Origin: a virus
Lineage: Duplodnaviria; Caudoviricetes
IMG/VR virus record: IMGVR_UViG_3300028578_000006
Location: 1 to 35,671 of that record
Direction: 5' to 3' (one strand)
Length of the DNA stretch: 35,671 bases
The notes below the pieces were generated by a model that saw only the letters and a list, made by a program, of their open reading frames with translations, ran no database searches and was not told the DNA's origin. A program made the position numbers and the translations under genes. The first letter of the stretch is position 1, and every line of letters starts with the position of its first letter. Of this stretch, positions 17,529 through 26,741 are shown piece after piece.

Positions 17529-17861
17529 GTGAAGCTCGACAACCGGCCCAGCGACCCGAAGGTGTTGCGAGACCTGGCCAACAGCCCTGAGGTGCAGGCC
17601 GTCGCCGAGCGGCTGGCGAAGGACATCCAGAAGGACGCGCGCCGGCTGGCCCCGAAGCGGTCCGGGACGCTGCGCCGGAACATCAAGGTCGAGGAGATCA
17701 CTGACCTGGAGACCGGCATCGAGGGCTTCGCCGTCGGCTGGGACGACCGCGGCTGGTACGGGCAACTAGTCGAATTCGGGACCGAGGACACCCCGGCCCA
17801 GCCGCACCTCACGCCTGCTGCGATTAAGAACGGGGCGCGCGGTCCGGGTGGTGACCGGTGA
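17529..17861 (+). CDS. HK97 gp10-family neck/tail-completion protein
   Basis: APKRSGTLRRNI and YGQLVEFGT...PAQPHLTPA motifs; GAGGGG RBS. Confidence 0.85.
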   Translation: MKLDNRPSDPKVLRDLANSPEVQAVAERLAKDIQKDARRLAPKRSGTLRRNIKVEEITDLETGIEGFAVGWDDRGWYGQLVEFGTEDTPAQPHLTPAAIKNGARGPGGDR

Positions 17862-20473
17862 GCGTCCTCCGTCGCGCGTATGTCGAGGTTGAGCCGGACG
17901 TCTCCGGCTTCGACGGCAGCCTGAAGTCCCAGCTCGCCCGGCAAGATGCCGGCGGCAAGGCCGGTAAGCAGGTCGGCGGCCAACTCAACCGTGCGCTGAA
18001 GCGGTTCGAGCTGGACCCGATCAACATCAAGGCCGACCCGAAGTCGGCGCTGGCCGGGATCGCCGTGGCCGAGGCGCGGCTGCGGGAGCTGTCCGGTAAG
18101 GCCGCCACGGTCGAGGTGAAGATCCAGACCGAGAAGGCGCTGAAGGATCTCGGCCGGCTCCGCAAGCAGATCGGCGACGTCGGCGGCGACGCAGCCCCGG
18201 AGCTGTCGCTCAGCCTCACTCAGCGCCTCGGACCCCTGCTGGCCAGCCTGCCGATCTCCGGGCCCATGGCCGCCGGTCTCGGCGCGGCAGCCGCGGCGGC
18301 AGCACCGCTGCTAGGTGCCGCCATTGCCGGCGGCATCATCGGTGGCGTCGGCATCGGCGGCATCATCGGTGGCGTCACTCTCGCGGCCAAGGATGCCCGG
18401 GTCAAGGCCGCCGCCGATATCCTCGGCGGCCGGCTGGAGACGCGGCTGGCCAAGGCCGGCGGCGCCTTCGTCGGCCCGACCATCGAGGCCCTGCACGAGA
18501 TTCAGCGGACCGTCGACGACATCGACCTGGAGGGCCTGCTCGGCAACTCGGCGCAGCTCCTCCCGACCCTGACGACGGGGGTGGCGTCGGCCATCACCGA
18601 CATCGCCGACGCCCTCACGGGGCTGACCGAGAAGGCGGGCCCGCCGGTTGAGGCGATCAGCGCCGGCATCGCGCAGATCGGCAAGGCCGCCGCCGACGGC
18701 CTGTCGAGCCTGGAGGACAACGCCGACGGGTCCGCGGACGCGCTGCAGACTGTCTTCGGGCTGGTCAGCAACGGCATCACCACCGTGCTCGGTCTGGTCA
18801 ACGTCCTGACCGAGCTGTACGAGCTCAACAAGGCAATCGGTGGCGACGTCGGCCTGCAGATCTACCTGAAGGCCACCGGCACCAACCTGGACAACAACAC
18901 CTTCTCGGCCCGTCGCACAGCCGGTGCCATGTCCGAACTCGACGGCGCCCAGATCACCGTGGCGGTCAGCGCCGAGGAGTTGGCGAAGCGGCAGGCGGCG
19001 CTGAAGGCAGTCCAGGACCAGGTGTCGGCGTCCCAGACCGCGCTCGGCGCCACCCTCGACTCGCTCGGCGGGAAGAACTCGCTCGCCGCCCGGACGAGCG
19101 ATGCGCTGCGCACCGCGATGGACAACCTGTACGGGGCGACGATCCGGCAGACCGACGCCAACCAGGCGTTCGAGGCGTCGTGGGACGGGCTCAGCGCGGG
19201 GATCAAGGGCAACAAGGGCTCCCTCGACATCCACACCGAGGCGGGCCGGGCGAACCGTGACGTCCTGAAGGGACTGATCCAGTCCACCAACGAGGCGTAC
19301 ATCGCCGACATCAACGCGGGCACGGCGATCGACGAGGCGAAGCGGAAGCACGACAAGCGGATCAAGTCGATCGAGAACGAGTCGGTCAAGCTCGGCCTGA
19401 ACAGGGAAAAGACGAAGGAACTGATCGGCACGTACGGTCAGATCCCGCCGAACAAGACCACCGACCTCGTCCTCGACGGCGTCCGCGAGGTCGTCCGGCA
19501 GCTGCAGAACCTCTACATCTACCAGCGCGCCCTGGCTGAGGGCCGCTCGATCGCGAGCATCGAGCAGAAGCTCCGCACCGGCAGCGACTCCGGCCCGGCC
19601 AAGGGCGGCGACCCCAAGCGGCCCGGCTCCGGCGGCGGCTACCGCGAGGGTGGCCGCACCGGCAACATCCCCGAGCACGCGGTTGCCGGCGTCGTGCACG
19701 GCAAGGAGGCTGTGCTCTCGGCGCCGACGGTTCGCCGGATCGACCAGCAGCAGCCCGGTTTCATCGACGAGGTTCTCGCGACCGGCCAGTTGCCGGGCTA
19801 CCGCGGCGGTGGCCGGGTCGCACCGGTGGACACCTCGCGCAGGTGGCCGTTCCACGCCGACATGTCCGACACCTTCGTCATGTCCCGCGCTCAGGCCGCC
19901 GCCAAGGTGGCGCCTTCGTTCGGGGCCTGGCCGTCGGGTCCGGCCGCTCAGCGCGGTGACTCCGGCGTCTGGAAGCGGGTGCTGCAGCTCATCCAGTCCG
20001 GCCCGAAGATGGGCTCGTTCGGCAACGCGTTCAGGCCCGGTGACCCGAAGTGGCACGGAAGCGGGCGCGCGGTCGACTGGATGGGCTACAACATGGATGG
20101 CCTGGCGTCGTTCCTCGCCGCCAAGCGGCCGTTGGAGCTGATCCACCGCACCAACAAGCGCGACTACGCCTACACCCGGGGCAAGAACAAGGGGTCGTTC
20201 AGCGAGGGCCTGATGGAGGCCCACCGCAACCACATCCACATCGCCATGGACGACGGCGGCATGCGGATGCTGCAGCCCGGGATGAACCTCATCCCGAACG
20301 GCACCGGCCGCCCCGAGCCGATCGCCGGGCCCACGGCCATGGCCGCTATCGCTGGCGGCGGGGACATCCACATCCACCTCCCGCCGGGCACGGTCATCGC
20401 GTCGAAGCGGGCCGCGGAAGACCTACTCGTCGACGCCTACAAGTCGGCGAAGGCAGCGAGGCGAATCCCATGA
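17858..20473 (+). CDS. Tape measure protein with C-terminal peptidase-like motif
   Basis: Longest gene, Ala/Gly helical; AYVEVEPD N-terminus; GVVHGKEAV; WHGSGRAVD...HRNHIHI. Confidence 0.9.
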   Translation: MSVLRRAYVEVEPDVSGFDGSLKSQLARQDAGGKAGKQVGGQLNRALKRFELDPINIKADPKSALAGIAVAEARLRELSGKAATVEVKIQTEKALKDLGRLRKQIGDVGGDAAPELSLSLTQRLGPLLASLPISGPMAAGLGAAAAAAAPLLGAAIAGGIIGGVGIGGIIGGVTLAAKDARVKAAADILGGRLETRLAKAGGAFVGPTIEALHEIQRTVDDIDLEGLLGNSAQLLPTLTTGVASAITDIADALTGLTEKAGPPVEAISAGIAQIGKAAADGLSSLEDNADGSADALQTVFGLVSNGITTVLGLVNVLTELYELNKAIGGDVGLQIYLKATGTNLDNNTFSARRTAGAMSELDGAQITVAVSAEELAKRQAALKAVQDQVSASQTALGATLDSLGGKNSLAARTSDALRTAMDNLYGATIRQTDANQAFEASWDGLSAGIKGNKGSLDIHTEAGRANRDVLKGLIQSTNEAYIADINAGTAIDEAKRKHDKRIKSIENESVKLGLNREKTKELIGTYGQIPPNKTTDLVLDGVREVVRQLQNLYIYQRALAEGRSIASIEQKLRTGSDSGPAKGGDPKRPGSGGGYREGGRTGNIPEHAVAGVVHGKEAVLSAPTVRRIDQQQPGFIDEVLATGQLPGYRGGGRVAPVDTSRRWPFHADMSDTFVMSRAQAAAKVAPSFGAWPSGPAAQRGDSGVWKRVLQLIQSGPKMGSFGNAFRPGDPKWHGSGRAVDWMGYNMDGLASFLAAKRPLELIHRTNKRDYAYTRGKNKGSFSEGLMEAHRNHIHIAMDDGGMRMLQPGMNLIPNGTGRPEPIAGPTAMAAIAGGGDIHIHLPPGTVIASKRAAEDLLVDAYKSAKAARRIP

Positions 20474-22059
20474 CCGTTCGCGGCTACCGCCCGGCCTTCG
20501 ACTGGTCCCGGTCCGGTCTGTTCACCGGCACCCTCGAGGACGTCTCCAGCTACGTCACCACCGACGACGTGGAGATCTCCTGGGGTCGGGCCGCAGCCCG
20601 CGCGCTGGAGAACTCCGCGGCCGGGCGGCTGACTGTCGCGCTCAACAACATGGACCGCCAGTTCTCGCCGGAGTACAGCGCGTCGCCGATCTTCGGCAAG
20701 GTGCTGAAGGGCACGCCGTTCCGGTTCGACGTCACCGACCCGACCACTGCGGGCATCACCACCCTGCTCCGTGGGCCGATCGAGAGCTTCGAGGTGAACC
20801 CGGGCGCGGCCGAGCTGTCGTTCACTGCGCAGGTGTCGGACGGCTGGGGCACGCCCGGCGACACCAAGCTCAGCACTCCGGTCTACCAGGGCCAGCGCAC
20901 CGGCGACCTGATCACGATCATCCTGGACCTGCTGGGCTGGCCGGCCGACCGGCGCAGCATCGACCCCGGTGCGACGCTGGTGCCGTACTGGTGGCTGGAG
21001 GGCACTGACGCGGCCACCGCCGTCACCGACCTGGTGCAGTCCGAGGGGTCGCCGGCGATCGCGTACGTGGCCGGCGGCGTGTTCGTCTTCCGCGACCGGC
21101 ACCACCGGATCATGGACGCCAACGCGACCACCTCGCAGGGCACCTACACCCACACCATCCCGGCCGGTGCGGTCGGCGGCGACTACAAGGTGCTGGCTGG
21201 CTCGTTCACCTACGACCACGGCCAGGACCACATCGTCAACACCGCCACCCTCGACGTCACCCCGCGCATACCGGGCAGCCTGGAGGTGGTGTGGGAATCC
21301 ACCGATCCGATCCTGCTCGTGGCGAACGAGGCCGTGACGCTGACGATCCTCGCCAACGATCCGTTCATCAGCCTGGAGACCCCCGACGACGCCCCCGGTG
21401 ACTACCGGCTCGCGTCCGGCACGGTGACCGCTTCCCTGTCCCGGACCTCCGGCCAGTCGGCCCTGCTGACCCTCACCGCCGGCGTGGCCGGGGCCTTCCT
21501 CGACACCGGGATCCGGGTCCGCGGCGTGCCGCTGACGTCGGGCTCGGCCCGCAAGTTCACCGCCGTCGACCAGGGCAGCATCAACACGTTCGGACTGTCC
21601 GACTGGGACAAGCAGGCACCCTGGGCGTACTACTACGACGCCGAGGCGATCGCCGCGACCGTCGTCTCCGACTTCGCCGGCGCGCGCCCGTCAGCGACGT
21701 TCGAGGTCGAGGGCATCCTGTCGGCGGCCACGTTCACCCGCAACCTGGCCACCGCGGTCTCCGACCGGATCACCGTCCGCAACGACGAGTTGGGCTTGAA
21801 TGCGGCGTTCCACGTCGAGCAGGTCACACACATCGTGCAGCAGCTCGGCGTCCGGCACCGGGTGAGGATCGGCGCGCAGCTCGCCGCGCCGGCTCAGGCG
21901 GTGAACCCGTTCACGTTCGACACGGCGACACCGACCACGCACGGCTTCGGCAACGGCCAGTTCGCCCTCGAGGCGGGCACCAGCGCGACCACGATGTTTC
22001 TGTTCGACAGCGCCAGCGGCTCCACCCAGGGCTTCGGCGCCGGGAAGTTCGCGGCATGA
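20470..22059 (+). CDS. Minor tail/baseplate protein
   Basis: ATGA overlap with tape measure; LNNMDRQFSP motif; beta-rich. Confidence 0.8.
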   Translation: MTVRGYRPAFDWSRSGLFTGTLEDVSSYVTTDDVEISWGRAAARALENSAAGRLTVALNNMDRQFSPEYSASPIFGKVLKGTPFRFDVTDPTTAGITTLLRGPIESFEVNPGAAELSFTAQVSDGWGTPGDTKLSTPVYQGQRTGDLITIILDLLGWPADRRSIDPGATLVPYWWLEGTDAATAVTDLVQSEGSPAIAYVAGGVFVFRDRHHRIMDANATTSQGTYTHTIPAGAVGGDYKVLAGSFTYDHGQDHIVNTATLDVTPRIPGSLEVVWESTDPILLVANEAVTLTILANDPFISLETPDDAPGDYRLASGTVTASLSRTSGQSALLTLTAGVAGAFLDTGIRVRGVPLTSGSARKFTAVDQGSINTFGLSDWDKQAPWAYYYDAEAIAATVVSDFAGARPSATFEVEGILSAATFTRNLATAVSDRITVRNDELGLNAAFHVEQVTHIVQQLGVRHRVRIGAQLAAPAQAVNPFTFDTATPTTHGFGNGQFALEAGTSATTMFLFDSASGSTQGFGAGKFAA

Positions 22060-22478
22060 GCGACCTACTGCTGACCGGGAACCGGGTGGTCGCCAACTGG
22101 GGACGCTGGGTGGTCCACTGCCCGGCCCGCTGGTGCGACAGCGCCATGCAGGTCTGGCAGGGCCAGGAGCACACCGCGTGCGGTGACTGCGGCGAGCCGA
22201 TCACTCGGCTGATCTGGCCGGCCGACCCGGAGGGCATCGAGGCGCTGCTGGCGATGCGGCCCTCGGCGAAGCTGCGTAACTGGCACCCGGGCGAGACGCT
22301 GCACCAGCTGCTCGCGGAGAACCTCCAGCACGGGATCCTGCCGCCGGATCCGGATCGGTCTCAGATGTTGATGACCGTCTCCGACGACCAGCGGATCGTC
22401 TCCGGCTCGCTCGGCCAGCTCATCGTGTCCGACGTCCGCCGCCACCAGATCGAAGCCGCCACCCTGGGAGAGCACTGA
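22056..22478 (+). CDS. Hypothetical tail-region protein with Cys motifs
   Basis: ANWGRWVVHCPARWC...CGDC...RNWHPGET; translationally coupled on both sides. Confidence 0.75.
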   Translation: MSDLLLTGNRVVANWGRWVVHCPARWCDSAMQVWQGQEHTACGDCGEPITRLIWPADPEGIEALLAMRPSAKLRNWHPGETLHQLLAENLQHGILPPDPDRSQMLMTVSDDQRIVSGSLGQLIVSDVRRHQIEAATLGEH

Positions 22479-23029
22479 TGGCCTGGACGACACCACTCAC
22501 CGCGGTCTCCAACGCGGCCCTTACCGCCGCGCAGTGGAACGCGTCCGTGCGGGACAACCTGCTCGAGACCCCGGCCGCGAAGTTCACCGCCGCCGGCCAA
22601 CTCTTCGTCAGCACCGCGGCCAACGCCGGTGCGGCCCGCAGCATCGCCTCCAACCGGGTCTCCGGCGGCACACAGGCCACCAGCTCGGCGGTGCTCGGCG
22701 ACAACCTGACCACCGTCGGCCCTTCCGTCACCGTGAGCACGGGCGCCACGACGCTGGTGCTGCTCACCGCCTTCGTCGCCAACACCACCGCCGGCCAGGG
22801 CGGTTACGTGGCCTACGCCATTTCCGGCGCGACCACGATCGCGGCCACCGTCGACCGGTCGCTACGGATCATGTCGGGCGCGGCGGGCGAGCGAGCCCGG
22901 ATGACCGCCGCGAACTGGCAGACCGGCCTGGCTGTCGGGTCCAACACCTTCAAGGCCCAGTACTCGGTGGTCGCTTCCGGCACCGCCGACTTCGACGAGC
23001 GGGAGATCGCCGTCCTGCCACTCAGCTAG
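22478..23029 (+). CDS. Short tail fibre/receptor-binding-like protein
   Basis: MAWTTP...LTAAQWNASVRDNL N-terminus of minor tail fibre type; beta-rich C-terminus. Confidence 0.7.
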   Translation: MAWTTPLTAVSNAALTAAQWNASVRDNLLETPAAKFTAAGQLFVSTAANAGAARSIASNRVSGGTQATSSAVLGDNLTTVGPSVTVSTGATTLVLLTAFVANTTAGQGGYVAYAISGATTIAATVDRSLRIMSGAAGERARMTAANWQTGLAVGSNTFKAQYSVVASGTADFDEREIAVLPLS

Positions 23030-23039
23030 GGAGCCGCCA

Positions 23040-24218
23040 GTGAAACGCCTACGCGCCGCACTCGCAACCGCCGCCATCACGGCGGTTTTTTTGTGCCTGC
23101 CGCAGCCCGCCGCCGGCCGGGTCGATCCAACCCGCGCCGACAACTGGCGTGCGATCGCCGAGCGCGCCCTGGCTCAGCTGCAGGTGCTCGACACCGGCGG
23201 CACGCAGACCGCGCACACCCTGGCGTTCGCCGCCCAGACCACCGCCTGGCTGTCCCCGTCCGGCTGGGCCGACCCCGCCGCGACCGCTTACCTGACCCGG
23301 CTCTACGCCACCGCCAACCCCGACGGGGGCTACGGCCTGGGCTACGCCTACGACGCCCACAACGACGGCACGGACAACTTCGCCTCCACCACCTACGTGG
23401 TCAGCCTCGCCGGGCACGTCGGCCCGCCGCTGCTGGACGCCTACCGAAGCAACCCGACCCCGGCGCTGCGGGCGAAGGTCCAGGTGATCTTCGACCTGAT
23501 CGCGACCGCGCCGCGGATCGACACGGCTGCCGGGCGGTGCATAGCGTATTCACGCCACGGCACCAACGATGCGAAGCCGGGCCTGTGCGTGCACAACGTC
23601 AGCGCCGGCGCCGCGGCGTTCATGCTCGACGCGGGCCGGGACGGCTTCGCCACGCCGTGGTGGTTGGTGCAGGGCATCGCGCAGCGGGAGCTGTCCGCGT
23701 ACAACGCGAACTCGCGCGGCTGGCCGTACCGGGACAACATGGCGCCGACGCTGCAGGACGACGCGCACAACGCCTACAGCATCGAGAGCGTGTATTCGCT
23801 GGCGTACCCGGTCGGCTACTCCGCGGCGTACGTGGCCCTGTCGACGGCACCGAACGAGCCGAACAGCGCACTCGGTTACGCCCTGCTGGTGGGCCTGCCA
23901 TGGGCGCCGACGGCAGCCTCCGGTGGCACGACGATCTGGTGCCTACTGGGCGATGCCCGGCTGGGTGACGTGGACGCCTGGGTGACCGCCAAGTTCGCCG
24001 ACATCGGCGCCATGGCCCAGGCCGCGTACTACTCGGCCCGTGCCGCCCGCGCGTGCACCGTGCCGCCCGTCGTGCCGCCGACCACCCCGCCGGTGACGCC
24101 TTCCGCCACGCCGACGCCCCCGGTCTCGCCGTCGGTGACCGTCTCGCCGAGCGTGAGCGCCGAGCCGACCACGCCGGTGACCACCGCCCCGACCCCGACC
24201 GAGACCGTGATCGGTTAG
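23040..24218 (+). CDS. Predicted secreted protein with Pro/Thr-rich C-terminal tail
   Basis: GGGAG RBS; Sec-type signal MKRLRAALATAAITAVFLCLPQPAAG; NPDGGYG and GWPY motifs suggest an alpha/alpha barrel (inference). Confidence 0.7.
   Translation: MKRLRAALATAAITAVFLCLPQPAAGRVDPTRADNWRAIAERALAQLQVLDTGGTQTAHTLAFAAQTTAWLSPSGWADPAATAYLTRLYATANPDGGYGLGYAYDAHNDGTDNFASTTYVVSLAGHVGPPLLDAYRSNPTPALRAKVQVIFDLIATAPRIDTAAGRCIAYSRHGTNDAKPGLCVHNVSAGAAAFMLDAGRDGFATPWWLVQGIAQRELSAYNANSRGWPYRDNMAPTLQDDAHNAYSIESVYSLAYPVGYSAAYVALSTAPNEPNSALGYALLVGLPWAPTAASGGTTIWCLLGDARLGDVDAWVTAKFADIGAMAQAAYYSARAARACTVPPVVPPTTPPVTPSATPTPPVSPSVTVSPSVSAEPTTPVTTAPTPTETVIG
23066..23092 (+). terminator. Intrinsic terminator inside the signal-peptide codons
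   Basis: AACCGCCG ccatca CGGCGG TTTTTTT. Confidence 0.7.
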
Positions 24219-24412
24219 CCAGTCTTGCCCTTGCGCCAGCCGTGGCCTGGTCGGTCCTTCTCCCAGGTCTCGATGACCGCGAGCGGCCAGACGGGCGTGC
24301 GACCGATCTTCTCAGGCTCGGGCAGATCGCCGCGAGTGTGCATCCGGTAGATCGAGGCGCGTTGAATGCCGAGGCGCGCGGCGAGCTGATCTGCGGTAAG
24401 GAAGCCTTCCAT
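24215..24412 (-). CDS. AlpA/excisionase-like HTH regulator (paralog A)
   Basis: LTADQLAARLGIQRASIY...LPEP...VWPLAVIETW. Confidence 0.8.
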   Translation of the reverse strand: MEGFLTADQLAARLGIQRASIYRMHTRGDLPEPEKIGRTPVWPLAVIETWEKDRPGHGWRKGKTG

Positions 24413-24419
24413 GCCCCTC

Positions 24420-24497
24420 AAGATACGTTGTCCTGTTGGACTTGACAACCCATTCTAACCGGCCTAACGTTGTCCATGTCAGCAGGACAACGTTAGG
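24420..24497. promoter_or_regulatory. Back-to-back promoters with 13-bp inverted-repeat operator
   Basis: Rightward TTGACA(24442)-17-TAACGT(24465); leftward TTGTCA-17-TATCTT 7 nt before ATG 24412; CCTAACGTTGTCC (24463-24475)/GGACAACGTTAGG (24485-24497) plus third half-site 24425-24435. Confidence 0.75.
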
Positions 24498-24508
24498 GGT
24501 TGTAGATC

Positions 24509-24931
24509 ATGTACGACGACGGCATCGACGAAATTGAGTTCCCGACACCCATCTGCTCGGACGCGACGCCGCACGCAAAGCACCGGATCGCTGGCACCTG
24601 GCGCGAGGAGTGCCCCGGCGTCGAGGGTCCTGCGATGCAGCACTACGGAACCGACGAGCGCCCCTGCGCCGAGTGTGGCCACTGGGGCAACGGTCAGGTC
24701 CCCGGCTGCACCTGCATCGGGTGCGACTGGCCGAGGACCGCGTGGGATGGCAGGGGCAACGTGATCGTTCCCGGCGCCCGGCAGTTGGCAGCGGAGTGCG
24801 GCGCGGAGCTGCGGACCTTCCCGTTCGGGTACTGCAACCGGCCCGCTGGCCACCCGACCGACAGCCTGAACCACGACCGCGTGTCTGAGCGTCCGGCCCG
24901 GAACCGGGCGACCGACGCGGACCGACGCTGA
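24509..24931 (+). CDS. Cys/His-rich hypothetical protein
   Basis: AGGGG RBS, own promoter; CAECGH, CTCIGC, CNRPAGH. Confidence 0.7.
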   Translation: MYDDGIDEIEFPTPICSDATPHAKHRIAGTWREECPGVEGPAMQHYGTDERPCAECGHWGNGQVPGCTCIGCDWPRTAWDGRGNVIVPGARQLAAECGAELRTFPFGYCNRPAGHPTDSLNHDRVSERPARNRATDADRR

Positions 24932-25011
24932 CTCCTGGACTCTCCCGACGCTGGTCGTACGCGGCCAGCGTCGCCACCGCCTCGACTCCCCCCAACCAGA
25001 TAGGAGGCACA

Positions 25012-25878
25012 GTGACGGCGGCCAAGACCCCCCACAAGCAGGCCCGCGCGCTGCTGATCAAGCACCTCGACATCCACCCGGGCCGCGTCGTCGAGAACGA
25101 CCTGGACCCGGCCGAGGTCGGCATCGTCGGCGACACCGACCACGCGCAGGGCGGCGACTCCTACCACTTGGGCAAGGACCAGATCCGCAAGACCGGGCAC
25201 CGGTACTCCGTCGACGAGTCCCCGCTCGACCGGGCCGGGCTGGACAACTACGCGTCGGCCATGGACATCGGCTACTTCAAGGTCACGACCCCGCGCGGCA
25301 CCTTCACGCTGCGGGACTTCTCGCTGTGGCTGGTCGACCGGTGCGAGGACCGCGACCCGGACGCCAAGGACATCCGGGAAATCATCTACAGCCCGGACGG
25401 TCGAGTCGTGAAGCGCTGGGACCGGCTGAAGCGCCGGACGACCGGCGACAGCAGTCACCTGTACCACACCCACATCTCGGAGCACCGGGACTCGATCGGC
25501 GACCGGATGCTGATCCTGGCCACGCGCTGGCTCAAGCACATTGGACTCATCGAGGAGGACGACGACATGGCGGGCATCACCCAGAAGGACTTCAACGAGC
25601 GCTTCATCGGTGCGCTCAAGGACCCGGACATCGCCAAGGCGATGCGGGCGATCCCGTGGCAGTACGTCGGCGGCGGCATCCCCGCGGGCATGAGCACCCT
25701 CGGTGTCCTGGCCGGCTCGTACGCCGCGGCCCGCACCGCGGCCGGGGATGACGTCGACGAGTCCGCCATCATCGCCGGGGTGCTGGCCGGTCTCGACCCG
25801 GCCGCGATCGCCGCGGCCATCCCGACCGACCTGGCCCAGCGGGTCGCCGACGAGCTGGCCCTCCGGCTCAAGGTCTGA
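25012..25878 (+). CDS. Endolysin (M15-like Zn peptidase N-domain plus C-terminal domain)
   Basis: GIVGD..H, SYH, ASAMDI, SHLYHTHIS motifs; heads a cluster of membrane genes; AGGAGG RBS. Confidence 0.75.
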   Translation: MTAAKTPHKQARALLIKHLDIHPGRVVENDLDPAEVGIVGDTDHAQGGDSYHLGKDQIRKTGHRYSVDESPLDRAGLDNYASAMDIGYFKVTTPRGTFTLRDFSLWLVDRCEDRDPDAKDIREIIYSPDGRVVKRWDRLKRRTTGDSSHLYHTHISEHRDSIGDRMLILATRWLKHIGLIEEDDDMAGITQKDFNERFIGALKDPDIAKAMRAIPWQYVGGGIPAGMSTLGVLAGSYAAARTAAGDDVDESAIIAGVLAGLDPAAIAAAIPTDLAQRVADELALRLKV

Positions 25879-25880
25879 CC

Positions 25881-26384
25881 GTGGCGGCCCCGCCCGAGCA
25901 CGTGCCGGGCCCGGGAGTCGACTCGACAGGACAGCCGGTCATCGACCCCACCCGCAACGTCCTGGACCTGGTCGCCGCGGCGATCCAGCGGCAGGACGAC
26001 CTGCGCGAGTCCCAGGCCGCGGGCCTGCGCCGCGAGGTGACCCTGCGCGCCGAGTACGACGAGAAGCTCCGCAAGGCCGAGAGTGCCCGCATCGACGCGA
26101 TCCGCGCGGTCGACGTCGGCGCCGTCCAGCGGGCGGCCGAGGTCTCCACGCAGCAGGCGACCACCCTCGCCGCCCAGGTGGCACTGTCCGCCGAGGCGGT
26201 GCGCACGACGCTGGCGGCGGCGATGGAGCCGATCCAGAAGGACATCGCCGACCTGCGCCGGGCTCAGTACGAGGCCCAGGGCAGCCGGGGTCAGGTCGGA
26301 GAGACCCGTCTCAACCTCGGCGCGATCCTCGGCGGTCTGGCCCTGATCGCGGCGGTGCTGTTCGGCATCATCTCCAACCTCTAA
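25881..26384 (+). CDS. Coiled-coil protein with C-terminal TM helix (lysis cassette)
   Basis: Helical Ala/Arg/Glu region; ends LGAILGGLALIAAVLFGII. Confidence 0.75.
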   Translation: MAAPPEHVPGPGVDSTGQPVIDPTRNVLDLVAAAIQRQDDLRESQAAGLRREVTLRAEYDEKLRKAESARIDAIRAVDVGAVQRAAEVSTQQATTLAAQVALSAEAVRTTLAAAMEPIQKDIADLRRAQYEAQGSRGQVGETRLNLGAILGGLALIAAVLFGIISNL

Positions 26385-26458
26385 ACGCACCCGGCCTAGC
26401 CCCCGCCGAGTGTCATACACCGGGCTCAACGTGCCGGCATGGGAAAGGCGGAACATGA

Positions 26459-26722
26459 GTGAGCGGCAGCGAGCGGCGGGGCCCGGACCGGCGGGTGCTC
26501 TCCCGGGACAGCTTTTCGTTCATCGCCGGCTGGTTCCTGATCATCTGGCAGGGCACGGTTGCGGACCCGTTCAACCCGACCGTGTTCACTGGCGGGATCG
26601 TCATCGCGCTGGTGCCCGGAGCGCTGGCCGCGTGGGCGATGCGGGTAAGTGGCTCGACGCCTATCGAGCCGCCGTCATCGGAGCCAGCGCCGGCACCCTC
26701 CTCGGAGCCATCGTCATCCTGA
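26459..26722 (+). CDS. Two-TM membrane protein (holin-like)
   Basis: RDSFSFIAGWFLIIWQG and VFTGGIVIALVPGALAAW; GAAAGG RBS. Confidence 0.65.
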   Translation: MSGSERRGPDRRVLSRDSFSFIAGWFLIIWQGTVADPFNPTVFTGGIVIALVPGALAAWAMRVSGSTPIEPPSSEPAPAPSSEPSSS

Positions 26723-26741
26723 TCACCTCGCGGGGCCTGAC

